Shown here one piece after another: positions 10,332-18,229 of a DNA stretch of 64,000 nt; within the stretch, counting starts at the first letter, position 1, and each line of letters begins with the position of its first letter. The stretch is from Vicinamibacterales bacterium. Its GTDB lineage: Bacteria; Acidobacteriota; Vicinamibacteria; Vicinamibacterales; SCN-69-37. Under the pieces are notes generated by a model. It was given only the letters and a program-made list of their open reading frames with translations, ran no database searches and was not told where the DNA came from. The stretch covers positions 29,376-93,375 of the forward strand of contig JBDSZL010000071.1 of the NCBI GenBank assembly GCA_039925145.1, written 5' to 3'. Made by a program: the position numbers and the translations under genes.

Positions 10332-11012
10332 TCAGCCACTAATCATGTCACGCATCGAGAACCACCCGCGGCGGCCCTTGAGCCACTTGGCGGCTTCAAG
10401 CGCGCCGTGGGCGAAGACGGCCCTGTCGCGAACCGTGTGCGTGAGATTCACGGTTTCGGCCGGGCCGTCGAATCCGACCACGTGCGTGCCCGGGATGTAG
10501 CCGGCGCGCGTCGACGACATGTCGATCGGGCGCGTATAGCCCTGCTCGGTCATGGCGCGTTGCAGCATCAGGGCCGTGCCGGACGGCGCGTCTTTCTTCG
10601 CCGCATGGTGCGCCTCGTGAATCCACGCACCGATGCCGTCGAGCCCCGCGAACCGACGCGCCGCTTCCTCGACGACGACCGCAAACACGTGCATGCCGAG
10701 CGAGAAATTTGCGGCGGCGAGGACACCTAGGCCGGCGGCGTCTGCGACGTTGCGCAGTGCGGGTTCCTCTGCCTGCCAGCCCGTGGTGCCGATCACGACG
10801 TTCACGCGGCGGGCGGCAAGGGCACTGACATTGGCCGCGACTGCGTCCGGCTGCGAGAAATCGATCGCCACATCTACGGCGCCCGCATGGCTGAGCGCAT
10901 CGGCGACGGGTGTATCGACCTCGGCGATCGCGGCAATCTCGCAGCCGTGGGAAGGCGCGAGTTCTTCGATGAGGCGGCCCATGCGCCCGTGGCCGATGAG
11001 CAGCAGTCTCAC
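10332..11012 (-). CDS. dapB: 4-hydroxy-tetrahydrodipicolinate reductase (short form)
   Basis: The N-terminal Rossmann motif is MRLLLIGHGRMGR... ..EAHHAAKKDAPSGTA.. is the DapB signature. The GTG start overlaps the lysC stop (GTGA at 11009-11012). Confidence 0.88.
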   Translation of the reverse strand: MRLLLIGHGRMGRLIEELAPSHGCEIAAIAEVDTPVADALSHAGAVDVAIDFSQPDAVAANVSALAARRVNVVIGTTGWQAEEPALRNVADAAGLGVLAAANFSLGMHVFAVVVEEAARRFAGLDGIGAWIHEAHHAAKKDAPSGTALMLQRAMTEQGYTRPIDMSSTRAGYIPGTHVVGFDGPAETVNLTHTVRDRAVFAHGALEAAKWLKGRRGWFSMRDMISG

Positions 11013-12400
11013 GCCGGCACCCCGAAGAATCGCTCGTGAACCTTGGTCAGGGCAGACTGAAGATCCGCTTCACGAATCACGAGCGTGATGTTCCGGCGGG
11101 CCGCGGCCTGCGACACCATGCGGATGGGAATGCCGCCGAGCGACTCCAGGAGCTGACTCACGAAGGTCTGGTCGCGTTGCAAGCCGTCGCCTACCGCGCA
11201 CAGGATCGCCATTTTGTCTTCGCGTGTCACTTCCGCCACCTCCCGCAGTTCCTCGGCAATCTCCGATAACCGGCGGGCGTCATCAACGGTGACCGACACG
11301 CTCACCTCGGACGTGGTGACCACGTCGACCGCCGTGCGGTGCTGTTCGAATGCAGCAAAGATGCGTGCCAGGAATCCGTGCGCCATCAACATCCGTGTGG
11401 ACGTGATGTCGACAACAGTCACGCCCTGTTTCGACGCAACGGCCGTCAGCGGCCGACCGGTCGACGGGCGATCGCGCGTAATCAATGTACCGCGCGCGTC
11501 CTGCGTCCGCTTGGAGTTGAGGATCCGAACGGGAATGTTCTCGGCCACGGCCGGGAGGATGGTCGCCGGATGCAGCACCTTGGCACCGAAGTACGCGAGC
11601 TCAGACGCTTCACCGAACGACAGATGAGGCACGACCTGCACATTCTTGATGATTCGGGGATCGGCTGTCAGCATCCCATCGACATCCGTCCAGATTTGAA
11701 TCTCCGACGCGCCGAGACACGCACCGACGATGGCCGCCGAGTAGTCGGACCCGCCGCGCCCCAGCGTGGTGGTGACGCCCTGACGATTTGCTCCGACGAA
11801 GCCGCCAAGCACCGGAATCCGACGCTCGACGAGCAGCGGGTCGACATGCGCGGTGAGGGCCACTTTGGTCTCGTCCATGAGCGGCGGCGCCGCCGTGTGT
11901 TCGTCGCCTGTGACAATGGCCAGGCGTGCATCGACCCAGCCGGCTGCCAGCCCTTGCGCCGAAAGCGCCGCTGCGACGATGCGGCTGCTGAGAATTTCAC
12001 CGCAGGCCGCAATAGTATCGAGCCAACGGGGCGTCACTTCCTTGAGCACACCGAGCGCACCCACGAGTCGCTCCAGCGCATCGAACTCCTGCCCGATGAA
12101 TGCGTCGACAAGGGGACGGTCTGGGGTGTCGCCGATGACGCCCGCAACCTCGAGATGCCGGGCTCGAAGCCGCTTCAGGTTCTCGAGTGCCGCGTCAGAC
12201 CGGCCCTCGGCCGCGTCGGCGGCAGCCTTGAGGAATTTATCGGTGGCGCCACCGAGAGCGGAGACGACGACGACCGGCCCGCGCCAGTCCTGACGCTCGG
12301 GCTGAATCGCCGACTGCTTCGCCGCGCGCACTATCGCAATCAATCGCTCGATCGCGGCCTGATCGGCGACCGACGTGCCGCCGAATTTCATCACAATCAT
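11009..12400 (-). CDS. lysC: Aspartate kinase (with C-terminal ACT domains)
   Basis: MIVMKFGGTSVAD.. and ..GRGGSDYSAA.. are present, and the tail has tandem ACT-like domains. Confidence 0.92.
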   Translation of the reverse strand: MIVMKFGGTSVADQAAIERLIAIVRAAKQSAIQPERQDWRGPVVVVSALGGATDKFLKAAADAAEGRSDAALENLKRLRARHLEVAGVIGDTPDRPLVDAFIGQEFDALERLVGALGVLKEVTPRWLDTIAACGEILSSRIVAAALSAQGLAAGWVDARLAIVTGDEHTAAPPLMDETKVALTAHVDPLLVERRIPVLGGFVGANRQGVTTTLGRGGSDYSAAIVGACLGASEIQIWTDVDGMLTADPRIIKNVQVVPHLSFGEASELAYFGAKVLHPATILPAVAENIPVRILNSKRTQDARGTLITRDRPSTGRPLTAVASKQGVTVVDITSTRMLMAHGFLARIFAAFEQHRTAVDVVTTSEVSVSVTVDDARRLSEIAEELREVAEVTREDKMAILCAVGDGLQRDQTFVSQLLESLGGIPIRMVSQAAARRNITLVIREADLQSALTKVHERFFGVPA

Positions 12401-12419
12401 AAAGACACCTGACGGGCGG

Positions 12420-12454
12420 ACGGTTCACGACTTACGACTTACGACTTACGGTTC
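12420..12454. repeat. Heptanucleotide tandem repeat (ACGGTTC ACGACTT x3 ACGGTTC) in the asd-lysC intergenic spacer
   Basis: I read this directly from the sequence: five contiguous 7-nt units. It shares the 10-mer CTTACGGTTC with the heptad array at 29055-29103, which is in the opposite orientation. Confidence 0.85.
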
Positions 12455-12472
12455 AAGATTGAGCTGAGGCTG

Positions 12473-13516
12473 CTAGAGCAGGCCCTCGGCTTTCATCAAC
12501 TCGGCGTTGAGCACCGACGCGCCGGCGGCGCCGCGGATCGTATTGTGGCCGAGCGCCACGAACTTGTGACTGAGCACCGGACATACGCGGACGCGGCCGA
12601 TGGAGATGGTCATCCCCTGACCCAGGTCGGCATCGAGTCGCGGCTGCGGACGGTTGATTTCGGACATGACGTTGAGCGCCGGAACGGGGGCGGTCGGCAG
12701 CTGCAGATCCTGAGGTCGGCCCTTGAACGCCCGCATCGCGTCGGCCACCGCCTCGACGGAGGGACGGGCGGCGAGGTCAACCGCCACGGTCATCGTGTGC
12801 CCGTCGATCACGGGCACCCGGTTGACCTGAGCACTCACCACGGCATCGAGCGGCGCGCTGCTGTCGTCGGCGCCCAAGATCTTGAGGGTCTCGGTCTCGA
12901 TCTTCTCCTCTTCGCCCCCGCCGATGTACGGCACGATGTTGCCGAGGATATCGAGTGACGGCACGCCGGGATACCCGGCTCCCGACACCGCCTGCATGGT
13001 CGTCACGACCACGGTGCGGATGCGGAACTGTCGCAAGGGCGCCAGCGCCATCGCCAGCACCACTGTGGCGCAGTTCGGGTTGGTGACCACGACGCCCTTC
13101 CAGCCCTTCGCCTGACGCTGTCGATCGAGGAGGGCGAGATGAGCGGCATTGACCTCCGGAATCAGGAGCGGCACGAGCGGGTCCATGCGATGGGTGCGGG
13201 CGTTGCTCAGCACGACGTGGCCCGCGGCCGCGAATTGCTGCTCGAGCTCGTCGGCCGCCTTGGCATCGAGCGCCGAGAACACCACCTTGGGCCCACGGCC
13301 CGGCACACATCCCTCCACTTTCATGTCACGTATGAAGTCGGGCATGGGCGTGGCGAGGCGCCATGGAGCGGCCTCGGCATACGCCTTGCCCTCGGACCGC
13401 TCGCTCGCGGCAAGCCAGGTCACCTGAAACCATGGATGCTGAGCCAGGCGCAGAATGAACTGCTGGCCGACCATCCCTGTCGCGCCAAGAACACCAACGT
13501 CGATTTTCTGAGGCAT
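12473..13516 (-). CDS. asd: Aspartate-semialdehyde dehydrogenase
   Basis: MPQKIDVGVLGATGMVGQQF.. is the N-terminal motif. ..NPNCATV.. contains the active-site Cys. The protein is 347 aa. Confidence 0.92.
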   Translation of the reverse strand: MPQKIDVGVLGATGMVGQQFILRLAQHPWFQVTWLAASERSEGKAYAEAAPWRLATPMPDFIRDMKVEGCVPGRGPKVVFSALDAKAADELEQQFAAAGHVVLSNARTHRMDPLVPLLIPEVNAAHLALLDRQRQAKGWKGVVVTNPNCATVVLAMALAPLRQFRIRTVVVTTMQAVSGAGYPGVPSLDILGNIVPYIGGGEEEKIETETLKILGADDSSAPLDAVVSAQVNRVPVIDGHTMTVAVDLAARPSVEAVADAMRAFKGRPQDLQLPTAPVPALNVMSEINRPQPRLDADLGQGMTISIGRVRVCPVLSHKFVALGHNTIRGAAGASVLNAELMKAEGLL

Positions 13517-13593
13517 ATAAGTCCACGGCCGGTCGTTGACAGCGCTCGCCAGAGCACCCGGTTTCCCTGGCGGCCGAACACCTCTCCAGACAC

Positions 13594-13627
13594 AAAAAAA
13601 CCCGCCGTGCGAAGCGCATCGGCGGGT
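13594..13627 (-). terminator. Rho-independent terminator
   Basis: On the minus strand: CCCGCCGAUGCG-CUU-CGCACGGCGGG (11 bp, one bulged A) followed by UUUUUUU. The U-tract corresponds to the plus-strand A-run 13594-13600. Confidence 0.75.
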
Positions 13628-13761
13628 TCATCGGGGCCGTTCGAGGCCTAATTTCTGGCCAGTCTCAGACGCGCACCATCGCCGACACCAATGCGGGTGT
13701 GCCCCGCTTATTGTCGGACCGCTTTCGCGCGATGACGGATGCGCTTCGCACAGACATGACC
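13594..13761 (-). ncRNA. Candidate structured leader RNA / sRNA upstream of asd (unclassified)
   Basis: It is bounded by a promoter-like element and the terminator. It contains a perfect 14-bp long-range helix (13738-13751 with 13607-13620), an extending 6-bp helix (13730-13735 with 13628-13633), a GNRA hairpin (13720-13729), and a nested stem-loop (13682-13717). Confidence 0.4.
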
Positions 13762-13767
13762 GGAGGA

Positions 13768-13796
13768 AGCATAACTGTCGACGTGGCTCGCGTCAA
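13768..13796 (-). promoter_or_regulatory. Candidate sigma70-type promoter (TTGACG - 17 nt - TATGCT)
   Basis: On the minus strand the -35 is at 13796-13791 and the -10 at 13773-13768. This rests on the motif match only. Confidence 0.35.
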
Positions 13797-13834
13797 GCGA
13801 GCCGCGCGACGAGCGAGCCGCGCGACGAGATTTA

Positions 13835-13984
13835 GGAGACCGGGTCTCCACCGGGAGGGGACGGAGACTAGGAGACCGGGTCTCCGCTGTCATGGAACGG
13901 AGATTAGGAGACCGGGTCTCCGCTGCGAGGGGACGGAGACTAGGAGACCGGGTCTCCGCTGTCATGGAACGGAGACCCGGTCTC
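13835..13984. repeat. REP-like array: 4 copies of the palindrome GGAGACCGGGTCTCC at 36-nt spacing plus a terminal variant GGAGACCCGGTCTC
   Basis: Copies start at 13835, 13871, 13907 and 13943, and the variant starts at 13971. The 21-nt spacers alternate between two related sequences. The array ends 5 nt from the stop codon of the hydrolase gene. Confidence 0.9.
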
Positions 13985-13989
13985 TTGGA

Positions 13990-15156
13990 TCACTGATATC
14001 CCAACCGGACGGTGCCTGAACGCGCGCGGCTTACCGTGCCCTCGGCGAGCCACTCGCGCGAGGCGGCGAAGAGCGCCGCGTGCTGCCGCTCCCAGAGCGC
14101 GTTGTGCGAGGAGCAGCCCAGATCGACCAGCACCTTCTGCGGCGAGCCGGCGTCTTCGTAGAGCTCGCGGACGCGTGCCGGCGGTACCTGCACATCGTGC
14201 GCTGGGGAGACGACCAGCAGCGGCATGCGAAGCCGCCCGGCGACCTCCCGATTCCAGCCCCATGTGGCTGTCTGCGGCGCGCGACGCACGCCCGAGCCCC
14301 AGGTGGCTCCGACCGGATCGGACTCGAGCATGGCTGTCCAGACCGACTCGCGCGCGCCCATATCGAACTGATTGGCGCACCCAAGCTGCCGGTCCCAGTT
14401 GGCGTCGAACTCCGCGCGCGATTGCGTGTTGAACGCCACACCGGTGGGCAGCGCCGCCGGCGGGCCCGGCGCCGCGTCGCGCGTGTAAGCCGGCGACAGA
14501 AGCACGAGCTTATGAATCTTGTCGGCATGCGCGGCCGCATAGCCGCCAGTCCGCGGTCCACCCAACGACCAACCCACCAGGCTGACCCGGTCCACGTGAC
14601 GCAGCGCTCGCAGATAATCCACAACGGCGCCGATGTCATTCCAGTCGGAGGCGATCGTCGTCACCGGCTGGGCGTAAGTCGCCGCACACGGCGCGCCGAT
14701 CAGAACGGGAATGAACGTCGCCTGCTGGGCGGGCGACAGATTGCACGGGTCGTTCATCGGGGTCGGGCGTGTAGACCTGCCGTACCCGCTGACATCCATC
14801 GAGAAGGTGTCGAATCCCCCGCCGGCCAGAGCAGCCATCCAGCTGTAGTCCTGGTAGGCCACGTCGAAGGCCACTTCTGCGGGCGTGCCCGCGCCGTGTA
14901 CGAACAGGACGACGCGATCCGCGAGGTTCACGCCAGGGCGGATGGTTTCGGGCAACGCGCGCTCCCGAACGTACATCTGCGCGGCCTGCCCCACCATGAC
15001 AGGCACGGTGGACATCACCTTGACGTAGTGGTTCAGCGACAGCACGCTGCTTTTGTCGTTCTGCGGCACGCGCGCGGCTGTCCCGTTTTGCGCGGCGAGC
15101 GCGACGGCAATCGTCACCGCGCCGGTAGCGACACCTAACCTGAGAATGCTGACCAT
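13990..15156 (-). CDS. Secreted alpha/beta-fold hydrolase
   Basis: The signal peptide is MVSILRLGVATGAVTIAVALAAQ... The nucleophile elbow is ..LVGWSLGG... ..VLFVHGAG.. is the oxyanion region. Confidence 0.8.
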   Translation of the reverse strand: MVSILRLGVATGAVTIAVALAAQNGTAARVPQNDKSSVLSLNHYVKVMSTVPVMVGQAAQMYVRERALPETIRPGVNLADRVVLFVHGAGTPAEVAFDVAYQDYSWMAALAGGGFDTFSMDVSGYGRSTRPTPMNDPCNLSPAQQATFIPVLIGAPCAATYAQPVTTIASDWNDIGAVVDYLRALRHVDRVSLVGWSLGGPRTGGYAAAHADKIHKLVLLSPAYTRDAAPGPPAALPTGVAFNTQSRAEFDANWDRQLGCANQFDMGARESVWTAMLESDPVGATWGSGVRRAPQTATWGWNREVAGRLRMPLLVVSPAHDVQVPPARVRELYEDAGSPQKVLVDLGCSSHNALWERQHAALFAASREWLAEGTVSRARSGTVRLGYQ

Positions 15157-15187
15157 GGTGCCGGCATTCTACCGCTGGTCGATATCA

Positions 15188-15301
15188 GGAGACCGGGTCT
15201 CCGCTGTGCGATCACGGAGAGTAGGAGACCGGGTCTCCGGTGTACCAGAACGGAGGCTAGGAGACCGGGTCTCCGGTGTACCAGAGCGGAGACCCGGTCT
15301 C
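15188..15301. repeat. REP-like array: 3 copies of GGAGACCGGGTCTCC at 36-nt spacing plus the terminal variant GGAGACCCGGTCTC
   Basis: Copies start at 15188, 15224 and 15260, and the variant starts at 15288. Geometry and orientation match the 13835-13984 array. It ends 1 nt from the stop codon at 15303. Confidence 0.9.
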
Positions 15302-15302
15302 T

Positions 15303-17963
15303 TTAGAAGCTGACGTTCAGGTTGAACGTCGTGCGGCGGACGCCATCCGATTGCGTCGGCTGCAGGAACAGTTTCGATGTCATCACGCCCGTGTAGCCGG
15401 TGTAGTTGGCGTGATTTGTCAGATTGGAGATCTGCACGCCGATGTTCAGCTGGTAGCGCGGCGCGGCCTGCGACGCGGCGGGATTGACGACGAGCTGCCC
15501 GCCGCTGGACGTAATTTGCACACCGCCGCCAGACATCACCTTGCGTGTGCCGAGCGAGAACGAGTACGAGAAGAAGCCGAAGCTGTTGAACTGGCCCGCG
15601 GTTCGGGCGGAGTTGCGACCCACGCCCGCCGGTCGGTCGTTGAAGATCAGGTCGCCGTTGTCGTCGATGCCCGTCCGAATTGTCAGCGGAGTGGCCGAGT
15701 TCCCGTTGAGGCTCACCTGAGCGTTGAAGTTGCGCAAAAAGCTGGTGCTGAGCGACAGGCCCCCTCTGTGCCGCACGTCAAATGCCGCCGGCCCCCACTC
15801 GAGTCCCAGATCGTTCGTGGCCGGGGTGGCAAAGGCGCCATCCGTGTTGTTCTGGTTGCGGCCGGTGCCGTAGTTCACCCCGAGGAACAACCCGCGTTTG
15901 AAATCTAGGAGCTTGCCGGTGCCGCGAGGACCGGGGATGGCGCTCGAGAGGCTGACCGACAGATTGGCATTCAGCGAATGCACCCGGGAATTGCCGTCGG
16001 AGACCGATCGAATGACGTTGGCAAAGGCTGGATCGGGACGCACACCGTTCACCGGCGCGTTCAGGTTCTGGCCGACGAGCTGTCCGATGCCGCGGGTATA
16101 GGAATACGTCACGCCGCTCGAGATGCGCTTGCTCAGCTGTTGATTGACTCCGGCGCTGAGGCGTGTCGTGCGGCCCATGATCAGATCTGAGCCGAGCACG
16201 TACCGGTTGGTGGGCGGAGCGGCGGCTGACCCGGGATCCGGAAACGACGGGTTGATGATGTTGATCTCCTGCTGTCGGAAACCGTCCACCCGGATGGTCT
16301 GCTCGTAGGTATTGGTGGTGAGCCAATCATGGAAGATACCGGCGCTCGCGCGCAGTGTTGTCTTGCCGCTCTGGCCAGGCGACCAGGTGACTCCGAAGCG
16401 GGGACCGAAGTTCATCCGATCGGGAAGGTGCGTCTGGACTTCGTAACGGAGGCCCGGCGTGATCGTCAGCCCTTTGCGGACCTTGATGTCATCGAGGATG
16501 TAGATGCCAGCCTGGACGTTCCAGTAGTTGACGTTCGGATCGCCGATACGGCGCGTGTAGCTGCGCGGTCGGCCCGCCTGAAACGCCTCGACGCTCTCGA
16601 AGGTGTAGGTGCCGAGATAATTATTGGAACTGTCGCTGCGGTAGTGGCCCCCATCAATGAGGACGCCGGTCCGCACTGAATGTGTGCCGCGGACGTAGTC
16701 GAGATCCGATCCGATCTGGAACGCACGATTGTGGCTGCCACCTCGCGTCTGTGCCCCGCCAGTGGTGACGCTGTCAGGGATCACTACCGTGGGCGCCTCG
16801 AACACAGACGTCGACTCGTTGTTGCCAATGTTCAGCAGCACGCGCGTATTGGTGAAAAACCGGCGCCCAAGCGGACCGAGTTCCTGCGCGCGAATGATCG
16901 TCGACGTGTTGCGTGTCGAAAATGCCCGCTGACTGTCGTTGTTGCCGCCGAGCCCAAGGTTCTCGGTGTGTCCGCTCGATCGATTGACGCCGAGGCGAAT
17001 GGTCTGGTCGCGCGTCAGCGCGTAGTCAATCAATCCCGAGAAGCCGACGTTCTTCGACGGCTGCTGCACGTTGGACAGTGTTCTGACGATGCCGTCGGCA
17101 TTGGAAGACACCTGTACGGGCGTCTGAAATGCGTCCGTGCCGACGAATGACAGCTGGAAAGAGCTGCGTTGCTTGATCAACGTGCCACCGACCGCAAGGC
17201 GGAGGTTGGTGTTGCGGCTCGCGGGGCGCAAGCCCACCAGCGGGTTCTTCCCGTCCGTCGACGAGTCGTAGAAGGTAGTACCGATGCCACCGCGCAACGG
17301 CCCGATGCCCGGCTGCGTGACGATCTCGATCGACAAACCGCCGGCAAAGTGATTCTCGGCGGAAAACTGGTCGCGCGAGATCCGGATGGACTTGATCATC
17401 GACTTCGGGGGCAGATCCTGGCCCTCGAAACTATCGACGCGAATGACCGCGTCGCCTCCGGCCATCTGCTGCAACTGCCGGCGCATCTCTTCGGGGTCGT
17501 CCGAGAGCGCGTCGATTTGCTCACGCGTGAGCGCCGATCCAAACGCGGCGCCCCGATCGGAGGCCGCCTCCTTGCGATCGCGGCCGACCGTGAGCGACTC
17601 CTCTACGCCGGCGGGAACGAGCACGAGCGTCTGCCGGTTGTCACCCGCACGCACGCGCAGGTCACGGACGACGCCTTTGGTGAACCCGGGGAACTCGACC
17701 GACACCGAGTAGCGTCCGGGCAGCAGGTTCGCGATGGTCGCCACGCCAGTCTCGACGCTCTTCACTGGGTCGAGCGTCGCTTCCCGTGTCGCCGGCTCGA
17801 GACCGGCGACCGCCACCGCGGCGCCCGGAATCACACCGCCGCTCGGGTCGGTGACCGTCACCAGAAGGCGTCCGCGTTGCGCGGTCTGTGCGCGCGCACC
17901 GAGCGGCGAAAGAACCGCTCCCAGCAGGACAATGACGGCAATAACCAACCGGCAACCACGCAT
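15303..17963 (-). CDS. TonB-dependent-receptor-like outer-membrane beta-barrel with N-terminal carboxypeptidase-regulatory-like (CarboxypepD_reg) domain
   Basis: After the signal peptide comes ..RLLVTVTDPSGGVIPGAAVAV..GRYSVSVEFPGF.., which is the CarboxypepD_reg domain. A long beta-strand-rich body ends in ..TFNLNVSF (terminal aromatic). I placed the start at the ATG at 17963, which has GGAG 7 nt upstream. Confidence 0.8.
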   Translation of the reverse strand: MRGCRLVIAVIVLLGAVLSPLGARAQTAQRGRLLVTVTDPSGGVIPGAAVAVAGLEPATREATLDPVKSVETGVATIANLLPGRYSVSVEFPGFTKGVVRDLRVRAGDNRQTLVLVPAGVEESLTVGRDRKEAASDRGAAFGSALTREQIDALSDDPEEMRRQLQQMAGGDAVIRVDSFEGQDLPPKSMIKSIRISRDQFSAENHFAGGLSIEIVTQPGIGPLRGGIGTTFYDSSTDGKNPLVGLRPASRNTNLRLAVGGTLIKQRSSFQLSFVGTDAFQTPVQVSSNADGIVRTLSNVQQPSKNVGFSGLIDYALTRDQTIRLGVNRSSGHTENLGLGGNNDSQRAFSTRNTSTIIRAQELGPLGRRFFTNTRVLLNIGNNESTSVFEAPTVVIPDSVTTGGAQTRGGSHNRAFQIGSDLDYVRGTHSVRTGVLIDGGHYRSDSSNNYLGTYTFESVEAFQAGRPRSYTRRIGDPNVNYWNVQAGIYILDDIKVRKGLTITPGLRYEVQTHLPDRMNFGPRFGVTWSPGQSGKTTLRASAGIFHDWLTTNTYEQTIRVDGFRQQEINIINPSFPDPGSAAAPPTNRYVLGSDLIMGRTTRLSAGVNQQLSKRISSGVTYSYTRGIGQLVGQNLNAPVNGVRPDPAFANVIRSVSDGNSRVHSLNANLSVSLSSAIPGPRGTGKLLDFKRGLFLGVNYGTGRNQNNTDGAFATPATNDLGLEWGPAAFDVRHRGGLSLSTSFLRNFNAQVSLNGNSATPLTIRTGIDDNGDLIFNDRPAGVGRNSARTAGQFNSFGFFSYSFSLGTRKVMSGGGVQITSSGGQLVVNPAASQAAPRYQLNIGVQISNLTNHANYTGYTGVMTSKLFLQPTQSDGVRRTTFNLNVSF

Positions 17964-18229
17964 TACACGCTCCAAGTCCACGTCGATGTCTATCGGGTGC
18001 CACGCTCTGTAGCACCCACTGCAATCCTACTGATTACCACCCGATAAACATGAGTCTGGTTACCGGCTGCAGGTAGCTGATGTTCTTAGACGTATACAGA
18101 CACCGAAACGACTGCGTTGACCGCACAAAAAAACAAATTTGTTCACGGGGGCCTTCAAGACCCTCGCGAGAGGTTATCGCCGCGGGCGGCGGCCTGTGCG
18201 CCACCCGGGTTCTGGTCCACAATGGCGGC

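Noticed and set aside
13517-13593. L-box (lysine riboswitch) in the asd 5' UTR because of GAGAGGUG.. and ..CGCUGUCA.. fragments
   Set aside because: Only about 75 nt are available, far too short for the five-helix L-box. The conserved internal elements are absent, and the fragments lie downstream of the terminator rather than upstream.
13742-13834. 30-aa minus-strand ORF (MSVRSASVIARKRSDNKRGTPALVSAMVRV) as a leader peptide for attenuation
   Set aside because: It has no SD (the upstream sequence is CCUCC, the anti-SD sense). It has no run of Lys/Thr/Met regulatory codons. The structure-based explanation is simpler.
13835-13984. CRISPR-like reading of the repeat-spacer arrays
   Set aside because: The repeats are only 15 nt, the spacers are 21 nt and mutually similar, the arrays are very short, there are no cas genes, and the repeats are perfect palindromes. 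REP/BIME-like elements fit better.
13699-14019. ORFs with repeated peptides (..RRPGLRCHGTE.. in 13699..14019, 13708..13965 and 15053..15313)
   Set aside because: Their periodic peptide sequence is simply the translation of the 36-nt DNA repeat arrays. They have no start context, and they sit in intergenic 3'-UTR positions.
13835-15301. Composite transposon or mobile cassette carrying the hydrolase
   Set aside because: There is no transposase, integrase or recombinase, no target-site duplication that I could see, and no compositional break. Each array is explained equally well as the 3'-UTR element of the gene upstream of it. I keep this only as a minor alternative in the finding.
13835-15301. 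Paired GAGACC/GGTCTC (BsaI-type) sites as a sign of an engineered Golden-Gate stuffer
   Set aside because: The context is a natural-looking chromosomal locus, and the sites are part of a longer repeated palindrome arranged in arrays. There is no vector-like sequence.
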